Source: a virus
DNA length: 64,000 nucleotides
Direction: 5' to 3' (one strand)
IMG/VR virus record: IMGVR_UViG_3300021964_000015
The notes below the pieces were generated by a model, which worked only from the letters and a program-made list of their open reading frames with translations, did no database searches and was not told where the DNA came from. A program made the position numbers and the translations under genes. Positions 9,002 to 18,345 of the stretch are shown one piece after another (position 1 is the stretch's first letter; the number at the start of each line of letters is the position of its first letter).

Positions 9002-9766
9002 TCAAGCCCCTTTATCCATAGAAATTGTGAAGGGCACACCACCTGGATAGTGGTCAAAGAAGAACTGTTGAGTCTTTTGGACCATCACACCAGCTTGTGC
9101 CACCAGTTCATTGGCATCAAGGCTCACCACTTGCGCTTCTTGCCCTTCGCCAGTGTCTGGATCGTAAATGGCAATTGCACAATGAGCCTCATCAATCTCA
9201 ATTGAATACATCTGCTCAATGGCCTGCACGTAGCTGCCAAGTTGCATTTTGTAGTCAGCCAATTGATACGTGGGCTTTTCCTTGTAGCTGGTTTTCCAAT
9301 CAAGCAGTGCATAAGCACCATTTTTCATGGTTGCCAGCATGTCAAATGTGCCGGAATAGCCAATCTCTCTAGAAGGGCAATACCAACCAATGGCACTTTC
9401 CACCAACAATGGTTCGTTGATGGAATCAAGGAAATTTTGGATGGAAGTGTAGTAAGGCATATATTGAGGAGCCTGTTCAAAATGCTCCTCAATATCTTCC
9501 CCATTGAACAAATCCTCCAATACGCCATGAAGCCAATTGCCACGTTCGACAGCATTACGAGTGCGGCGATTCGCCTCTTGATCACCCACTCTCTTTCGCC
9601 AGTTAATTAGCGCCATTGTTTTACCAATGGGAGCAGTGGCTGATGCAACTGTCGTCACAGAAGGCAAGACTGCGCCTTGTGGTACATTTGGGAAATCATC
9701 AGAAACGTAATATCGTTTCTTATTGATTTGAAGCCTGTTTGGTTCAAAACGAGCGAATGGTTTCAT
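9002..9766 (-). CDS. PD-(D/E)XK exonuclease
   Basis: LPSVTTV..RGNWLH..YSGTFD..LLDWKTS..QLGSY. Confidence 0.88.
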   Translation of the reverse strand: MKPFARFEPNRLQINKKRYYVSDDFPNVPQGAVLPSVTTVASATAPIGKTMALINWRKRVGDQEANRRTRNAVERGNWLHGVLEDLFNGEDIEEHFEQAPQYMPYYTSIQNFLDSINEPLLVESAIGWYCPSREIGYSGTFDMLATMKNGAYALLDWKTSYKEKPTYQLADYKMQLGSYVQAIEQMYSIEIDEAHCAIAIYDPDTGEGQEAQVVSLDANELVAQAGVMVQKTQQFFFDHYPGGVPFTISMDKGA

Positions 9767-10071
9767 TTCTCATTCATGTCCCAGAAGTACTCGCAGCCTG
9801 CTTCTGTGTGGGGCGGAGAGGCGAATTGTGATTGGTATCGGTCAGGAGGCGCCATATAACGCCAGCAGTTTTCTTTGACAGGGCATTCGTCCCCTGTGCA
9901 CATTGCAATGTCAGGCATGAGATGGCGATTAAGAAACGGTTTAAGAAACTGACGATCCAATAGACCAGAATCAATAACAGAAGAAAGCAAAGCTGCCACA
10001 CGTTTTGGACTGCTGAGGCTTTCCTCCGGAAAACTCCAATAAGCTTCATTTGCTTCCTCCCACCAGCTCAT
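9763..10071 (-). CDS. hypothetical protein with C-terminal Cys4 domain
   Basis: DIAMCTGDECPVKENCWRY..CEYFW; internal ATG at 9918 may be the real start. Confidence 0.6.
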   Translation of the reverse strand: MSWWEEANEAYWSFPEESLSSPKRVAALLSSVIDSGLLDRQFLKPFLNRHLMPDIAMCTGDECPVKENCWRYMAPPDRYQSQFASPPHTEAGCEYFWDMNEK

Positions 10072-10330
10072 CTTCGCTTTTTGTTTTTCCGAAGAGTGGT
10101 CGATTTTCCCAGACATAACCTTCAAATGCTTCAATGATGCTACCTGGAAGGAAACCAATGGCTAGTAGATAGTTCGCCATTTCTTCAACCACTTCATCAC
10201 AATACATTTTGCGATGCTTGAATTGCACTTCTGACATTGTTTCATTGTTATGTGAATAACGCCAGAGATGCACGCCAGCTTCAGGGTCCATTTCAGAAAG
10301 CCGAGAAGAACTGTTGAAACTAGAAGTCAT
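10046..10330 (-). CDS. hypothetical protein
   Basis: Member of the overlapping operon chain. Confidence 0.6.
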   Translation of the reverse strand: MTSSFNSSSRLSEMDPEAGVHLWRYSHNNETMSEVQFKHRKMYCDEVVEEMANYLLAIGFLPGSIIEAFEGYVWENRPLFGKTKSEDELVGGSK

Positions 10331-10467
10331 GGGAAGAGTGCTTTGAAGAGCAAGTAGATGAGCCATGAGGCAGCAAGTGAAGCTGCGCTAAGCACCAGAA
10401 ATAAACCAAGTGGATCATGTTGAAAGTAAGTGGGGAGGAAGCTCAGTAATTGGGCAGTCATCATCAT
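10327..10467 (-). CDS. small membrane protein (46 aa)
   Basis: Read manually: ..HDPLGLFLVLSAASLAASWLIYLLFKALFP*; ATGA overlap with the next gene. Confidence 0.5.
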   Translation of the reverse strand: MMMTAQLLSFLPTYFQHDPLGLFLVLSAASLAASWLIYLLFKALFP

Positions 10468-10518
10468 CTATGCAAACCGTGCCAGAAAAGGCGGCAGCCA
10501 AAACTGCCGCCGCAATGT

Positions 10519-11388
10519 CTACTTTTTTGCCTCCACGAATGCCTTCACTGCTTCGATGGATTGTTGAGCTGTTGTAGATGAAGCGCGAATAGCGTCCAAA
10601 TCTTTGGTCAATGTTGCCTTGGTGATCTTGATGCCCTTGTCCTTCACCCATGTTGTTACGAGAGTGGTGATTACATTGCCAAAATCGCCTGGTGTTTTCA
10701 CATTGGCACCAGTGGTGAGACCAACAGTGTCCAGTGCTTCCTTCACTGCTTCTTGACAAGCTCTTACGCTTGTCAAGCCAAGAGGATTGGCTTCACAGAA
10801 TTCAACAAGCGCTTCTTTTCCGTTAAAAGTGCCACCAGTAGTCTCCGGTGCAGCCTGTTTGGCCACAGGAGCAGACTTTGGGGCTTCCTGTTGCAAGGGA
10901 AGTTTAGGAGCGCCTTTTTGCTCCTCTTCTTTAGGGATGTCTTCACCAGCATAAAGACGAAGGCCAAGGCCAGTAAACGTAGCAATGCATTTCACTGCAG
11001 CACGTTGACAGTTGTCGCTAATTGCACGACCATCAAGCTCTTTAATTGCATTGTGCCGCCTATCCATCACTGGAAAGATGAGAGCGACAGTGCGCTTCAT
11101 GCCATCAGTAAGATAAGGCCGAAGGTAGTAGCAACCAGGAGCACCAAAGACCACTTCTCCGACAGTTTTTTCTTCAAAAGCAACGAAGAAAGTGGGGAAA
11201 TGTTCTTTGAGATAGCGATAGGCAAATGGCCATGACAAGTAGGAAAGGCCCTTGTAGTCTTTTTCAATGTGCTGGCCAATGTCAGGCGTGTCATAAGCAG
11301 CTTTAAAAGCTTCAGCGCTAATTTCAAGAGGAGCGAAGATACCGTTGTAGCGATCGGTCATTGCTTGTTGTGCAGAAGAATCAGTCAT
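10519..11388 (-). CDS. Sak3/DUF1071-like single-strand annealing protein
   Basis: IEK..GLSYLSW..PVMD.R..QRAAVK.IA..GLGL.LYAGEDIP. Confidence 0.82.
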   Translation of the reverse strand: MTDSSAQQAMTDRYNGIFAPLEISAEAFKAAYDTPDIGQHIEKDYKGLSYLSWPFAYRYLKEHFPTFFVAFEEKTVGEVVFGAPGCYYLRPYLTDGMKRTVALIFPVMDRRHNAIKELDGRAISDNCQRAAVKCIATFTGLGLRLYAGEDIPKEEEQKGAPKLPLQQEAPKSAPVAKQAAPETTGGTFNGKEALVEFCEANPLGLTSVRACQEAVKEALDTVGLTTGANVKTPGDFGNVITTLVTTWVKDKGIKITKATLTKDLDAIRASSTTAQQSIEAVKAFVEAKK

Positions 11389-11409
11389 GTTAAAAGCAGG
11401 AAAAAGGAC

Positions 11410-11664
11410 TTAGGAAAGGCAGCTTGCGTTGCTTGAGCTGTAGAAGAAAACAAGGTATCTTCCTGGTTGCTCTGCATTTCCTAGGATGATGCTTTCGCCA
11501 GGAAGTGGCCAATCGTTTACGGCTCTGATGTCTGTGATTTCTTCGCATTGCTTTTCATCAAAAACATCTTGAAAAACAGCATCTTCAGAGAAGAGTTTAA
11601 TTTCGCAATCTTCATTGAATTTGAGAAAATCATCAATGTGTTTTAGTAGTTCAGAGGCTTTCAT
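11410..11664 (-). CDS. hypothetical protein
   Basis: 84-aa ORF coupled to the upstream gene. Confidence 0.65.
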   Translation of the reverse strand: MKASELLKHIDDFLKFNEDCEIKLFSEDAVFQDVFDEKQCEEITDIRAVNDWPLPGESIILGNAEQPGRYLVFFYSSSNASCLS

Positions 11665-11954
11665 GAAGGGAACAAGAAATCAGTGTTGACAGTTTTGGGG
11701 AATAGCTTGTCGGGGTCAAGGGTGTCTTTTGTGTGATCAAAGCATTCCTCCCATGCTCCATTTGATAGCGTTGCGCTACCTTCCCAAATGGGAGTGGAGC
11801 GGATGAGACGTTCGAGTGTTTCGCTTTTGCTTTGCTCTGCCTCTTTGGCTATTGCCTCCAAGTGATTAAAGGCTGCGTCTGTAACGCAAAACGTTCTGCG
11901 TTTTTTGTTTTCACCGTGAACAGCACCCATAGGCATTGATGAGACTTGCCGCAA
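11661..11954 (-). CDS. ribbon-helix-helix (CopG-like) regulator
   Basis: KRRTFCVTDAAFNHLEAIA...SKSETLERLIR; first gene of the divergent operon; start probably 11936. Confidence 0.65.
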   Translation of the reverse strand: MRQVSSMPMGAVHGENKKRRTFCVTDAAFNHLEAIAKEAEQSKSETLERLIRSTPIWEGSATLSNGAWEECFDHTKDTLDPDKLFPKTVNTDFLFPS

Positions 11955-12100
11955 TCTACCGGCCCCAGAAAGTTATGCAACCCTCATCTTTTGAGTCTCT
12001 TGAGTCTCACTATGATTTCTAAACCAATTATGAAGACGCCGCTTAAAGGGGTTGCTTTCCTTGGATTTTTTGCTACAACGTTTCCATTCTTGTCCTTGCC

Positions 12101-14098
12101 ATGGCATTCAGTATCCTTGAACACCTGTCCAAATTAGAAGAAAGTAATCACAAAGGCAAGTACATTTGTCCCGTATGTAATGGAAATGACTTCTCCGTTA
12201 ATTTAAGAACAGGCGCATACAATTGTTTTAATGATGATTCTGCAAAACATCGTGCAGAAATAAGAAATGTTCTTGCTCCATTGCAACGATGGGAAAGGCC
12301 ATTACGATCGCCAGGTTCCTATTGTTTTGCCTATAAAAACAAAGACAACAAAGAAGTAATTAATGTCATCAGAAATGATACTTCTGGCAAGAAATCAATC
12401 AAGCAAGAATATCCAACTGTCAATCAAAATGATCGCACTAGAAAAGCAATTATCGATGAAATTAGACATAACATTCTTCCATATCGTTATGACGAAGCAA
12501 TACAAGCTTCTGAAGCAACTGGTCTTCCCATTTTTGTTGTTGAAGGGGAACTCACTTGTGATGCAGCGTGGCAAATTGGCCTCCCTTCAATCACTTTCTT
12601 AGGTGGCAGCGGACAATACCGTGCCAATAGTGACTATTCGCAGCTTTTCCGTGGCAAAAAGATAGTACTTTGCCCCGATCGTGATGAGCCTGGTGTGGCT
12701 CTCATGAAAGAAGTGGCAGGTGATAATCCAGGTGCTCAATGGCTTTATGCCGAACCAGATAATTTTGAATGGGATAGTCTGCCACAAAATGGTGGTTATG
12801 ACCTTGCCGATTGGATTGAAGAAGGCGTCACGCAAGAACTCATCATTTCCTCCATTGTTGCTCATGATCGCCATGAAGGGAAAGATGGGCTGCCTTCATA
12901 CGAGGAAATCATCTCCACATTTGAACGCATGGTTGGCCTTTATGGCAACGATGCACGAGTGATTTTTGAAGCTCGTCAATGGATGAGTAGTAGGGGCGTC
13001 AAACTAAACACGCAAGAAGTGGAAAAGCTTCTAGAGGAAGCTCGTGATCGCGTGCATGGTCGTGAAGATCTTGAAATCTTGGATGCAAAAATCATTGCCC
13101 AATCAGAAGATTGTCGTCAATGGACGATTGCTGGCATCTTGCCTGAAAGCAGCGTGATGCTTTTAGCTGCTGCACCAGGAAGCGGTAAATCAACCATCCT
13201 TTACAACTGGGCTCTGCATGTGGCCACTGGTAGAGATTGGAGTCAGCGGCGATGCAAGCAAGGAAAAGTGCTCATCATTCAATGCGACGAACCAATTGTT
13301 GATGCTGCAGAAAAGCTACAAATCATTGGTTACGACGATGATGCATTAAGCAATGGGATGATTGATTTTATTGATCGCTGGCGTTTTAATAACATCCCTC
13401 AGCTCCTTTCCTACATCAAAAAGAACAGGCCAAGGCTCATCATGATTGATAGCCTCACATCATGCTTGGCTGGTATGGACGTTGACCTTGTGCGTTCTGA
13501 TGCTGGCAATTGCATTTATGAACTGCGTGACATTGCCAACCAATATGGTTGCTCCATCGTCATCCTCCACCACTTAAACAAAACTGGTGGCATTCGTGAT
13601 AGCTCCAGCTTTGAAGCCAATGTGAGTGAAGTGGTGAAGCTTTACCGCCCTGAGAATGCTGGCAATCCAGACGAATTTATTTTTGAATGGAGCAAAAGCA
13701 GGAGCGGCTTGAGTGGCAAGCATTTTCTCATTCGAGAATCTGCCACTTACGGCTGGTTCTATAAAGGGCCTGTTGATGGCGATCCTGAAGGTTTCATGCG
13801 TGTGGTGCACATGGCAAATAACTATCCGCATGAGCGATTCAGTCCTCATCAAATGTATGCAAGGCTTTCGCTGACAAGCACTGCACACTCACGACGCACC
13901 TTAGAGCAAGCTCGTAGGCAAGGGCTTATTGATTCATCGTGGCAAATTGGACCAGCTGGAGAGCGCGAAAGGCTTTATCACTCATGGAACTACAAAGCAC
14001 CAGAAGAAACAATGGAAGAGCCAGTTGAGGAAGAACAATTCCCCACCATTGATTCTTCTCCTTCTACAGCGCCTGATTACGACGACCTTCCTTTTTAA
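12101..14098 (+). CDS. primase-helicase (Zn finger + TOPRIM + AAA_25/RepA-like helicase)
   Basis: CPVC; VVEGE, PDRDEPG, DLADW (TOPRIM); AAPGSGKS Walker A, IMIDSL Walker B, ILHHLNK. Confidence 0.9.
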   Translation: MAFSILEHLSKLEESNHKGKYICPVCNGNDFSVNLRTGAYNCFNDDSAKHRAEIRNVLAPLQRWERPLRSPGSYCFAYKNKDNKEVINVIRNDTSGKKSIKQEYPTVNQNDRTRKAIIDEIRHNILPYRYDEAIQASEATGLPIFVVEGELTCDAAWQIGLPSITFLGGSGQYRANSDYSQLFRGKKIVLCPDRDEPGVALMKEVAGDNPGAQWLYAEPDNFEWDSLPQNGGYDLADWIEEGVTQELIISSIVAHDRHEGKDGLPSYEEIISTFERMVGLYGNDARVIFEARQWMSSRGVKLNTQEVEKLLEEARDRVHGREDLEILDAKIIAQSEDCRQWTIAGILPESSVMLLAAAPGSGKSTILYNWALHVATGRDWSQRRCKQGKVLIIQCDEPIVDAAEKLQIIGYDDDALSNGMIDFIDRWRFNNIPQLLSYIKKNRPRLIMIDSLTSCLAGMDVDLVRSDAGNCIYELRDIANQYGCSIVILHHLNKTGGIRDSSSFEANVSEVVKLYRPENAGNPDEFIFEWSKSRSGLSGKHFLIRESATYGWFYKGPVDGDPEGFMRVVHMANNYPHERFSPHQMYARLSLTSTAHSRRTLEQARRQGLIDSSWQIGPAGERERLYHSWNYKAPEETMEEPVEEEQFPTIDSSPSTAPDYDDLPF

Positions 14099-14115
14099 TT
14101 AGCAATTGATAGTTA

Positions 14116-14144
14116 CGCCCGCCCTTTTAAGGGGCGGGCTTTTT
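14116..14144 (+). terminator. intrinsic terminator
   Basis: GCCCGCCC/GGGCGGGC stem plus TTTTT after the primase-helicase. Confidence 0.8.
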
Positions 14145-14203
14145 AATGCCAAATTGAGCTAACATAATACAAATTAAGTTAAGGCCGCGGCCTAGTTATT
14201 GCA

Positions 14204-14416
14204 ATGGTTTTCGAGCATAATCCTGGTCTTGCTTTTCTTCATAGCGTCGTCACTGGTGAAGAAACCAATGCTGCAGAAGCTGCAGAAGCCAAGGCTGAAA
14301 TTGAGGAAATCACAAAAGAAATCCAAGAGGATGCACGATTAGAGCGTCCGCAATGGCAAATGCCAGAAAACATTCCATCAGCTCCACGCATTGATTGGCG
14401 TGGTTTTGGCCGTTAA
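14204..14416 (+). CDS. hypothetical protein
   Basis: 70-aa acidic ORF. Confidence 0.55.
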   Translation: MVFEHNPGLAFLHSVVTGEETNAAEAAEAKAEIEEITKEIQEDARLERPQWQMPENIPSAPRIDWRGFGR

Positions 14417-14517
14417 GAAAAAGGCTCAGGCGGGGTGTGGTAGACTGGTCACGGAAAGTCCCGAGCGCACCCTGTTCCAGGATCGTTCAGGATCAACTTC
14501 CCTCTCGCTGCCTGGCC

Positions 14518-14550
14518 TTCCAGCACGAGCGTCGCCCCCAAAGGCGACGC
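14518..14550 (+). repeat. isolated TTCCAG-hairpin(CCCAAA loop) unit
   Basis: TTCCAG-N5-GCGTCGCC-CCCAAA-GGCGACGC; same geometry as the units at 24.5-24.9 kb. Confidence 0.75.
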
Positions 14551-14676
14551 GGATCGATGCACTAGGCCAAGAGAATCTTTCAAAAAAAAGCTTCTCAACG
14601 CAGCTAGCATCAATCGCCTACGAAGCGTTCAGGCGAAAAGTAGCTTGTAACATTGCGAAAGAAATCAACTTCTGCA

Positions 14677-14946
14677 ATGATTCAACCTCCTAAGCCTGTC
14701 GAAACTCTGCCATCGCTAGAGCACAATGGCGTAGAGATTGTTTGTCGCATTCATCATGGCTTTTCAACGCCAGCGAAAGGTAATAGTCCTGCACCACGTT
14801 ATTTGTATGGTGCCGTGAGCCCACAAGGCGAACGGCATTGGCGTCGTAACCTTTTAGAACTTGAAGCGCTTATCGACGCTGGTTTTAATGTGAAAGATGA
14901 CGATGGAGAGGAAAACAATAAAGAAGGCAAAGAAGATGCCGCATGA
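14677..14946 (+). CDS. hypothetical protein
   Basis: 89-aa ORF from ATG 14677. Confidence 0.65.
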   Translation: MIQPPKPVETLPSLEHNGVEIVCRIHHGFSTPAKGNSPAPRYLYGAVSPQGERHWRRNLLELEALIDAGFNVKDDDGEENNKEGKEDAA

Positions 14947-15127
14947 CATCGAATTGTCTGATGAAGAATGGAATGAAATGGATGCCATAAGGAGGGCCAT
15001 TGGGGATGGCCCTCCTGCCGTATCGTTTGAAAAAATGGAAAGGTTTTCTGAATTGTTTGTAAGAACCTTGCCATATGAAGGCGATACAATTGCATCAAGT
15101 ATTACGATTGACAATGCCACAGCCTGA
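14897..15127 (+). CDS. hypothetical protein
   Basis: Overlapping chain; start probably ATG 14936. Confidence 0.6.
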   Translation: MTMERKTIKKAKKMPHDIELSDEEWNEMDAIRRAIGDGPPAVSFEKMERFSELFVRTLPYEGDTIASSITIDNATA

Positions 15128-15839
15128 AATTCACTTTTCCAGCAAGGAAGAATGTACGCGCTATGCAGTGAAAGTATTGGTTGATGCTGGCATGAGGCCA
15201 GAGGAAATTGAGCGCGTAAGAGTGAAAAATAAGCCTGGTGTCAATATGGCAAAAGATCTCGTTGGTCTTAGGCGATATATGGTGCAAGAGCTTCTTGCTG
15301 CCAATATGAGCAATCGTCAAATTGCTGATGCATTGCAAATTGGTAAAGACACTGTAAATGCTGATAGACATCACGCTAGAGCTTTATACACTGAAAAACT
15401 ACTTGCGTCCGCAGACGTGCATCGGGCACGTCTGCTCAAGGAGCAAATGGATTTAAAAGAAAAGGCCCTGGAGAATTTTGAACATAGCAAACGGAAACGC
15501 ACCATCACTTTTCAAGATGGCGAAGAAAGCAATGGCAGACAAAGTATTCGTATTGAAGAAAGTGCTGGTGATGTGGGCTTTTTAAATGTTGCTAAAAATG
15601 CATTGGTGGAACAGGCTAGGTTGTTGGGCCTGCATGAATTGAAGCGTGAAGAGCAACAAGATAAAACTTATCAACAATTCCTTAAGGATTTGACCGTCAC
15701 CATTGACAAGGAAAAACAGCTCAATAGTGCTGATGAGCTGCGTCAAAATGCAGTGCCAGTGGATGTTGTAGAAGAAGATGCCAATGCAAGTCCAAATGTA
15801 ATCATGCCTTCTAAAGATTCTTTTAACCTTGATGCTTGA
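15114..15839 (+). CDS. HTH protein, terminase small subunit candidate
   Basis: HTH MSNRQIADALQIGKDTVNAD, helical middle, GD..FL....ARLLGL pattern. Confidence 0.55.
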   Translation: MPQPEIHFSSKEECTRYAVKVLVDAGMRPEEIERVRVKNKPGVNMAKDLVGLRRYMVQELLAANMSNRQIADALQIGKDTVNADRHHARALYTEKLLASADVHRARLLKEQMDLKEKALENFEHSKRKRTITFQDGEESNGRQSIRIEESAGDVGFLNVAKNALVEQARLLGLHELKREEQQDKTYQQFLKDLTVTIDKEKQLNSADELRQNAVPVDVVEEDANASPNVIMPSKDSFNLDA

Positions 15840-15851
15840 CAACGTTTAGTT

Positions 15852-16325
15852 TTGTCGGCACAATGTCTGTGTTGCTTTTTTGTTTTGTCTTTTTCATTTG
15901 ATAGCGTTGATGATTTCCTTCGCAAAGCAAGCGAAGCAAAAGCTCAACAACGAGAAGGCTTTGAAGGGTGGGCTGATGATTTGCTTTCCGATAAGCAAAC
16001 TGTTGGCGTGCCCATTGATATGGCAGACGCCATTGGTGATCTTGTCAAAAGCTATGGTGATGAAGCCCTACGGCAAATCGCCTTATTTGCTCTTGGTAAA
16101 TGGTACGCCATTCATACTGGCGTAATTCAAGAGATGGTGGTCAATGAAGACAATTGCGGCACTGTTGCTGCTGCAATGGATGCTGCACGTATTAGTAGTG
16201 CAGTGCAACTCATTGAAGGGTTGGGAAGCTTTGGTGGTGATGATCATTGGCGAGACATGCTTAAAGAAACCTTGTTGTCTGAAGTGGATGAACTAAATGC
16301 AAAAAATGACAACTGGGAGGATTGA
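15852..16325 (+). CDS. hypothetical protein
   Basis: Helical ORF; start uncertain. Confidence 0.65.
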   Translation: MSAQCLCCFFVLSFSFDSVDDFLRKASEAKAQQREGFEGWADDLLSDKQTVGVPIDMADAIGDLVKSYGDEALRQIALFALGKWYAIHTGVIQEMVVNEDNCGTVAAAMDAARISSAVQLIEGLGSFGGDDHWRDMLKETLLSEVDELNAKNDNWED

Positions 16326-16504
16326 CTATGCCAGTGGATATGCCAAATGCAATGCGCACGTTTCTCATCACAACAAGTGCTGGTGATGCCATCACAATGT
16401 CAGCCATTGATGAATGGGAAGTGAAAAAGCTTTTTATTCGTACTTTTCCTCGCAAACGCATTTGCACCATTCATGAATATCCTCGTAACCTCTGTAAAGA
16501 CTAA
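16322..16504 (+). CDS. hypothetical protein
   Basis: 60-aa ORF adjoining the upstream stop. Confidence 0.5.
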   Translation: MTMPVDMPNAMRTFLITTSAGDAITMSAIDEWEVKKLFIRTFPRKRICTIHEYPRNLCKD

Positions 16505-16606
16505 GCATCGCCTTTGGGGGCGATGCTTCTTAAATCAATAAAACAATGAACCGTCTTTTCTTTTCTTTTCGTTTTTCCATTACTGACGTAGGAGGTCTCA
16601 TCCAAA

Positions 16607-17140
16607 TTGGCACCACAACAATCGAATGGACAAATACGAGGCCACCAGGCACTCAACTCATGGGAGCACCGTTCTGGGGGTGGACAACAGTCGTTTTCCC
16701 AGCCAGTCATTGGTATTTCGGGCGTTAATTCACTTTCCTATAAGAAAGTGCACATTTGTATTCCCCCTGCATTGGCTGAAGAAATTACTGCCAAAGGGAA
16801 AGAAAATCCTCCGCCTCATCCAGTGTGGACAAAACAAGTGCCACATAAGCGTTATTTCATCATTGCAGCGGAATCTCTTGAAGATCTCACTGAAATTGCT
16901 GATTTCGCTCGCGTGGAGTTGGAAGAGCCTGAGCTACCGCTCACCAAAATCCGTCGCCAGTCCTTCCAGAGCCTCCTGCATCGTGCCAATCGCTATGCAG
17001 TGCTGGAACCATTAGGAGAGTGCCATTGCGTTGCTGTGGCGTGGCGAGACAAGCCTCTCAAGACGACAAAGGCATCGTCAAAAGTGGCGAAGGAACTACG
17101 TGACGGAAGGTTGCGAAGTCGATTGACACCTTGGTTTTAA
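16607..17140 (+). CDS. hypothetical protein
   Basis: Long ORF followed by a terminator; start unclear. Confidence 0.55.
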   Translation: MAPQQSNGQIRGHQALNSWEHRSGGGQQSFSQPVIGISGVNSLSYKKVHICIPPALAEEITAKGKENPPPHPVWTKQVPHKRYFIIAAESLEDLTEIADFARVELEEPELPLTKIRRQSFQSLLHRANRYAVLEPLGECHCVAVAWRDKPLKTTKASSKVAKELRDGRLRSRLTPWF

Positions 17141-17153
17141 TGAGGCATCATTC

Positions 17154-17183
17154 CGGCAAGGGCTTGATGCCCTTGCCTTTTCT
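17154..17183 (+). terminator. intrinsic terminator
   Basis: GGCAAGGGC-TTGAT-GCCCTTGCC-TTTTC. Confidence 0.7.
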
Positions 17184-17192
17184 TCTGGAATC

Positions 17193-17588
17193 ATGCAGCA
17201 CAAAATCAAGAAAATGTCAAGCATTACCACTGACAATGGTCTTGCTGTGTTCATTCAAAGTCAACTCACTGACACTCTGCCTGTGATGATTGGCAGTCAA
17301 CCAATCATTGAAAGTAAGTTTAAAGTGGAGGAATTGCTGGATTATATTCAAGCAATGGAAGTTGCAATAGAGACCATGAAAAATGAGGCGGAAGAAACTA
17401 AGCATCCTGCCACCATTGTTAATGCAATAAATTCTTTGGAATGGTTGCAACATCGTTTTGAAAGGATGGCTGACGATGCAAACGCAATGCACAAGGCCAT
17501 TGTCAACCACATGGCACAAGAAAAGCCTGAGCTAATGCAAGGCTATTTGTCTGCATTCAGTAAGGCAGTAGGCCAAGGAGAAGTATGA
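17193..17588 (+). CDS. hypothetical protein
   Basis: 131-aa helical ORF. Confidence 0.65.
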   Translation: MQHKIKKMSSITTDNGLAVFIQSQLTDTLPVMIGSQPIIESKFKVEELLDYIQAMEVAIETMKNEAEETKHPATIVNAINSLEWLQHRFERMADDANAMHKAIVNHMAQEKPELMQGYLSAFSKAVGQGEV

Positions 17589-17758
17589 TGAAAAAGGCAA
17601 TGATTGACAAAGAACTAATGCAAGCAACAATGAAACCTTCTGAATTCTTTGAAAAGATGTCGCAATATATGCAACGCCTTGAAAATAAATTAGTGGAGGT
17701 TAAGTATAAAGAAAACGAGGAAATACTGGCTCTCTATCGAAAGCTAATCTCTATTTAA
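17585..17758 (+). CDS. hypothetical protein (57 aa)
   Basis: Read manually; ATGA overlap, GGAG upstream. Confidence 0.55.
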   Translation: MMKKAMIDKELMQATMKPSEFFEKMSQYMQRLENKLVEVKYKENEEILALYRKLISI

Positions 17759-17789
17759 TCTTCTTCGTTTATAAAACAAAAGGCCCCCT

Positions 17790-17948
17790 TTAAGGGGCCT
17801 TTTTTAATGACCAATTAGTGTCGCCAGGAATTGGTTCTGTCCCATAGTCATAAGTGTCATAATCTTCATCGTTCCTTGGATCATATATTTCGCCATTGCG
17901 TAACCATCGTGCAAGGCGTTCGCGTTCTTGTTGTGCAGACAATTTCAT
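17790..17948 (-). CDS. small acidic hypothetical protein
   Basis: GGAGG before ATG 17948; ends in a bidirectional hairpin at about 17778-17806. Confidence 0.6.
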   Translation of the reverse strand: MKLSAQQERERLARWLRNGEIYDPRNDEDYDTYDYGTEPIPGDTNWSLKKAP

Positions 17949-17980
17949 ACATCCCTCCCATTGCCCTTTCATTATCGCGC

Positions 17981-18195
17981 AAAAGAAAAGGAGGGCTTTC
18001 GCCCTCCCTCTCTTTATGGCTTCCGATGAGCGATTTAGCAGGAGAAGATTCTCGACTGCAGATACAACGTGCTCCTGAGACTCATGCGTCTTGGTTTGAT
18101 CGCAACGATCGCACCCACGTTGTCACGCCCGTCCACCCTTACAGCTCGCTGCACAAGGCAACGAGGGAAGCCGTTAAGCCTCCAGGACCAACCAC
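17981..18195 (-). ncRNA. putative structured ncRNA with pseudoknot
   Basis: Extended -10 TGgTACTAT (18202-18210), several complementary stems, GAAA-loop terminator with U tract (17981-18007). Confidence 0.65.
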
Positions 18196-18345
18196 TCAGA
18201 AATAGTACCACCTCTCACTCCCATCGTTCCTCGTGAACCATGTAGGAATGATGAAGCACACGCCATTGCTCATTGAAATGGGCCACAATGGTGAAACTGC
18301 GCCTTGGCGACTTGCGCAGGCTCCTGGACTTACTTTTCTTTATTG

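Noticed and set aside
18120-18176. SAM/SAH riboswitch-like words AACGGCUUCC and GGCGUGAC
   Set aside because: The words are about 35 nt apart and take part in other stems; the compact architecture is absent.
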